From contig OZ024742.1 of assembly GCA_964016885.1 (NCBI GenBank), positions 68,076,001 to 68,140,000 of the forward strand: DNA of 64,000 nt, in the 5' to 3' direction. Position numbers and translations under genes: made by a program. Below the pieces are notes generated by a model that ran no database searches, was not told the DNA's origin, and saw only the letters and a program-made list of their open reading frames with translations. Below are positions 58,839-64,000 of the stretch, in pieces. The stretch comes from Eledone cirrhosa (lineage: Eukaryota). How positions within the stretch are numbered: position 1 is the first letter of the stretch; the number at the start of each line of letters is the position of its first letter.

Positions 58839-59049
58839 AAACATATGGCAACACGTTCCTATGTACAAGGAGTTTCCTGAAGCAAGATGATGCTATTCCT
58901 GCTTCGTTCGTCAGCCAGCAGTAATAATATTCCAATAGCTTGCTTCGAAAAACTCCGAGTACCTAGTAAGTTGATAACCAATTTGCCATGGGTTTTATAT
59001 AATATAATATATTTACCTCTAATGATTTCGTAGTAGTTGGGCTCTAGAG

Positions 59050-59610
59050 GCCACCCCATTGAATATTGTTGTCCACTATGGTCTCTCCTTACGAATCTAA
59101 GTGAAAAGGGAAGCACCTCAATAGCTAATCAGAAAAAAAAGATAGATGGCATAATAGGCCTTCACTATTGCGCTCGACTAGAAAAGCTCAAAATCTACTC
59201 TCTTCAACACCACTGTGAGCGCTACATTATCTGCATGATGAGGAAAATATTCCATCAGCATTGCCCAAATGATGTTGGCATTATCTTTAAAGTACACCTA
59301 AGGCTTTGGCCCCGTGCTATTCACCCACAGCAAATGTCAAACTCGCATCTCATAACAACATTACAGCACGATAACTTCACCTCAACTGGTCTGGCTATGT
59401 TTAATATTACATCAAAGCACATTAAATCAGAAACAGATCCCATAATATTCAAAACGTCTTTGGAAAACATCCCTCCAAGAAATCGAGGATAAACCTCCTA
59501 CACCCGGATATGTCTCGGTAAACAATAACTCTCTACTTGGTCATGGTATCCAAATCCTAATTTGAAAGACTTCGCCAGGTGCTTCTATTAAGTTTGACAT
59601 GCCCTAGCCC
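59050..59610 (+). mobile_element. CR1/L2-like LINE 3' fragment
   Basis: IEYCCPLWS..GLHYCARLEKLKIYSLQHHCERYII matches the LxYxERLxxLxLYSLxRRRERY region; then DKPPTPGY. Confidence 0.8.
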
Positions 59611-60132
59611 AATCGAGCGGGATTTAAATATTTTATTTTCGGTTTTCAAGTGTGAAATATCTTTAAAAAGGATATTTCTTGATCTCAAATATATCTATGA
59701 TATATTATCATTGTATTATCATTAAATCAAGTACATTCATATGAATTTGATGTGAATGTTTTGAACTTATAATTTAGATATGATTTCACCAAATGAAATA
59801 CGCAACTTATTATACATTACGTTTTAATTTAATAGTAATAGAGACAAGCGCACATCTTATATTCGTATCGCAATGTAAACTTATTAGCTTGAAATTTACT
59901 AGTTGTATATAATTAGTATATTTTATCTAAGCTTTCACCATTGATATTGGTAACATTTCATAATATATTGAAAATAAAGATACATTTTGCTATTATTTAA
60001 ATAACTAAAACATTACATCAAAGTTTGAGCATATTACTCAGATCTTTAAGTCGATATCTTTCGATTTTCAATGATTAAAAAACGTAACACTATCAGTTTA
60101 ACTCCACGAACTATCTAAAACCTAAACGAGAC

Positions 60133-60204
<72 letters not shown>

Positions 60205-60259
60205 ATATATATATAAACTAAACGAGACATTTATATATATATTTATATATATATATATA

Positions 60260-60945
60260 TGAAGGACGTAAAATAAGAAAATTATAATAATTAACTTACT
60301 TACTTAAGTTTCATATAATTGTTCTACATTTTTGTATTGAACCACAAAGTTACTAAGACAAAACCTATATCTTGCTAGCATAAGTATATTCTGTATAAAT
60401 ATGTTGGTAGATACTAATTCTTTATAATTATCTCCAAATTATTTGTTGAGCAAAAATTCGCCTGAATTACTGCTATGATTCATAGTAATATTTTGGCTAC
60501 TGTCTTTTTAACACCCCACTCCTCACTGATTAACCTCTATGTCACGTGATTGATTCTTTTGAATTTGCCACTGACCAGGAAGGTAGTGAAATTTTCAGTG
60601 TCTTGAAATTTAGTCCGCGCTTGCTTCTTTTCCATTCACTGAATTATTTTTGTTTGAGATCCCTGTGTCCGCCTATCGCCCGGGATCTTAGCAGAGAATT
60701 GACTCCCTGATGAAGAAAGGAATTCTCCATGGTTTTGAACACTATGTATATCCCCTTTCAGAAACTAATTAGTTTGAGTGAAACTTAAGTAAGTAAGTTA
60801 ATTATTATAATTTTCTTATTTTACGTCTTTCATATAATTGTTCTACATTTTTGTATTGAACCACAAAGTTACTAAGACAAAACCTATATCCTGCTAGCAT
60901 AAGTATACTTCTGTATAAATATGTTGGTAGATACTAATTCTTTAT
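60260..60945 (+). mobile_element. Penelope-like pseudo-LTR structure (inverted plus partial tandem repeat) with an HHR motif at 60702-60779
   Basis: 60262-60313 is inverted relative to 60779-60830; 60310-60425 is repeated directly at 60828-60945; actcc-CTGATGA-a-gaaagg..cctttc-a-GAAA-ctaattag-TT-tgagt. Confidence 0.7.
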
Positions 60946-61254
60946 ATATATATATAAACCGACCGTGGTCCGGCTCCCCAACCTGACCATCACCCTAACT
61001 ATGGGTTAAATAGCCTCACCAACGCCAAGCATGGTGAGTACGGTTACAGCCCCTGGAGAGGTTAAACTCAATGACAATAATACATGTGATGTCACTGGAC
61101 ACATAGCTACGGGGATGGAATGGGTGCTGTGCGTGCACAAGCACGTAGCAGCGCCATCTTTATAAGTCCCACGGTGGTGGAGGAGTGACAAATTAAGCAG
61201 ACTCGACTGGTTAGAATCACATAGTCACAAATCTACACATGGGTGACTCGAGTC

Positions 61255-61490
61255 TTATCCTAACGTCGCGGCACTGTTAACCTGTACAGCAGCATACTTC
61301 GACGATGTTTTGAGCGTCTGGGCAGCTGTTTTTGGGGGGCATTCACTGCTCACCCGTAGCACATGGGAAGGATCTAGACAAGGTGACCTAAACAAAGCCT
61401 GTTCAATTTCAAACTGGCCAACAGCCTTCAGTTGGCAGTAGATCATAACAGCAGGTAATTCATTGAAGAGATGCCCGTCTTCTGTAAAGA
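61255..61490 (-). mobile_element. Probable CR1/L2-like LINE extreme 3' fragment
   Basis: GHLFNELPAVM..VGQFEIE resembles GPxLFNxLP..FK..LD. Confidence 0.45.
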
Positions 61491-61511
61491 AATGACGATT
61501 ATCATCACACT

Positions 61512-61600
<89 letters not shown>

Positions 61601-62007
61601 GTAGCTGCAGTGTGTAAGATGGTGCTACTAACTGGATAATAATCTTCATTTTCAAAGACACAAGAAAGATGATGATTGGAAAATTAATATTTATTGTTTA
61701 AATTCCCAACAATATTTCCTACATCAAGACACACAATGCTTTTATTTACTTCATTGTATCAACCCGCTTCGTCATGTTTTGATTCAGCATATTGGTCTTT
61801 TGTTTAGCGTGGTATGTATTTATGATATGTAATGATGTCTGAATTTTTAATATAGTATATATCTATGAGTATGTGTGTACTTATATATACACATATATGT
61901 GTGTGGGGTGGGGGTGTTCGTGAGTGCGTGCATATGTGTAGTGTAATTTAGAGTGTTGCTGTATTTGCTATTCTATAATTGTGCTCCATGAGTTGATTTT
62001 CATGTTA

Positions 62008-62039
<32 letters not shown>

Positions 62040-62054
62040 GTGTGTATATATATA

Positions 62055-62093
<39 letters not shown>

Positions 62094-62183
62094 GGAAAAA
62101 ATGAAACGAAATTTCATTTCCCACTCTTAGTACGGCTGTTACTTAAATATAAGTGTGTATACGTACATACATATATGTATACA

Positions 62184-62768
62184 GACGTACAGTAGTATGT
62201 ATATATATATGTATATATATATATATATATATATACATACATACATGCACACATATATATATGTACGTATGGATTCACCAAACATTTATTATAATGCTCG
62301 GTGTGTTTGTAAACAAACATCCCGTATTAAGCCGTAGTGTCTAGCAACCACCGTTGCTCGTCTGTTCAACACTAACAAAGGAACGCTGTACTAGTTTCAA
62401 GCGTATTAGCTATCGCCAGCAACGTATACCTTCCTGCCAGATAGTTGAACGTCCGAAAGTATATAGTTTCCTTATGCATATTAACGGCTGAGTAGCCCAA
62501 TTTGCATATCGAGTGGGTTAATCGGCCGGGTGCACCGAAAACGATAAACGGAAGGTATACGTTCCTGATGATAGCTAACAAGCTTGAAACTAGTACAGCG
62601 TTCCTTTGTCAGTGTTGAACAACCGAGCAACGGTGGTGGCTAGACACTACGGCTTAATACGGGATGTTTGTTTACAAACACACCGAGCATTATAATAAAT
62701 GTTTGGTGAATCCATACGTACATATATATATGTGTGCTTGTATGTATATATACATACTACTGTACGTC
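62184..62768. repeat. Fold-back inverted repeat (arms ~62184-62434 and 62550-62768) flanked by (TA)n
   Basis: gtacgtatggattcaccaaacatttattataatgctcggtgtg... and its reverse complement. Confidence 0.9.
62560..62600 (+). ncRNA. Minimal hammerhead motif (mirror copy at 62384-62424, minus strand)
   Basis: cgttc-CTGATGA-tagctaacaagctt-GAAA-ctag-TA-cagcg; mirror reads cgttg-CTGGCGA-tagctaatacgctt-GAAA-ctag-TA-cagcg. Confidence 0.65.
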
Positions 62769-62788
62769 CGATTCAACCCGGAATAACG

Positions 62789-62789
<1 letters not shown>

Positions 62790-62821
<32 letters not shown>

Positions 62822-62834
62822 GTGTGTGTATGTG

Positions 62835-62921
<87 letters not shown>

Positions 62922-62964
62922 ATACGTATGTGTGTGTATATATATGTGTATGTATGTATGTGTG

Positions 62965-63029
<65 letters not shown>

Positions 63030-63078
63030 ATACGTATGTGTGTGTATATATATGTGTATGTATGTATGTGTGTATGTG

Positions 63079-63130
<52 letters not shown>

Positions 63131-63338
63131 GATGTGTGTGTGTATATGTGTCTGTGTATATGTATGTATATATGTATATATGTATTTGTGTGTATATGTA
63201 TACACATGTATATTTGTGTTTGTATGTATGTGTGTGAGTGTATTTATATGTGTATATATGTGTGTGTGTATGTATGTGTATGTGTGTGTGTATGTGTATA
63301 TATATATGTGTGTGTATGTATATATATATACTTATATA

Positions 63339-63411
<73 letters not shown>

Positions 63412-63530
63412 GTGTGTATGTATATGTATGTATATGAATATATTTTTATATATGTGTGTGTGTTTTTATGTGTGTATATGTGTTTGTGTGTGTGTTTATG
63501 GTTGCGCGTAAGTGTGTGAGTGAGTATGTT
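62790..63530. repeat. Compound (TA)n/(TG)n/(TATG)n microsatellite
   Basis: Directly visible; one of dozens of such tracts in the window. Confidence 0.95.
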
Positions 63531-64000
63531 TTTTTGTTTTTTTGTGAATGTGTCTGTTGATTTTTGGCATATAGTTGATTAGTTTAAGAGAAGTTCGAAG
63601 ATAATAGTAAGATATGCACTCAGTATTTTGAATCTGTCTGCAGAATTCTCTAGACCTTTGTCACTTAGTAGAACCTTAATGATTTTAGCTTTTAAAGAAT
63701 CTCCCTTTTCTTTAATTCTATCGACCATGACTGACCCCCCACTGATTTTATAGACATCTGTTAGCTTAAGAGAAACTTAATGACAAGGATTGGTATGCCA
63801 TCCGGAACCTGTTTATAGAATCCTGTCTGCCCTTGTTACTCTAAAAACATAAATAAATATAAATAAAAATAAACTATAGCTTTGTAGAATTAGCTTTTAA
63901 TGAATTCCCTTTTCTATCAACCAATGACCTGCACCCATCCCACTCCCCACCCTCTCCTACCACTTGTAGAGACCTATAAATACCATTTTTATTTTTTGAT

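Overview
Very AT-rich, microsatellite-saturated eukaryotic (animal) non-coding DNA. The SINE family and repeat landscape resemble a cephalopod/Octopus genome (inference). No host protein-coding gene can be supported, and nearly all ORF-track entries are microsatellite or tandem-repeat artefacts. The dominant feature is a ~24.4 kb tandem array (8052-32455) with a period of 883-944 bp. It contains 27 copies of a ~600 bp internally deleted RTE-like retroelement (putative 5' UTR, C-terminal C2H2 zinc-finger relic, 3' stem-loop). These alternate with 26 spacers, each carrying a minimal type I hammerhead ribozyme (HHR) motif with the compensatory U3-A8 core (UUGANAA...GAAA-CCGG-UA) and a length-variable (TA)n tract. 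Outside the array are about a dozen further minimal HHR motifs of several sequence families. They sit mostly in short Penelope-like terminal remnants embedded in (TA)n, often as fold-back palindromes with one HHR per strand. Also present are tRNA-derived SINEs, RTE, CR1/L2-like and CRE-clade LINE fragments, and a Tc1/mariner remnant. All ribozyme calls come from manual folding and are untested.
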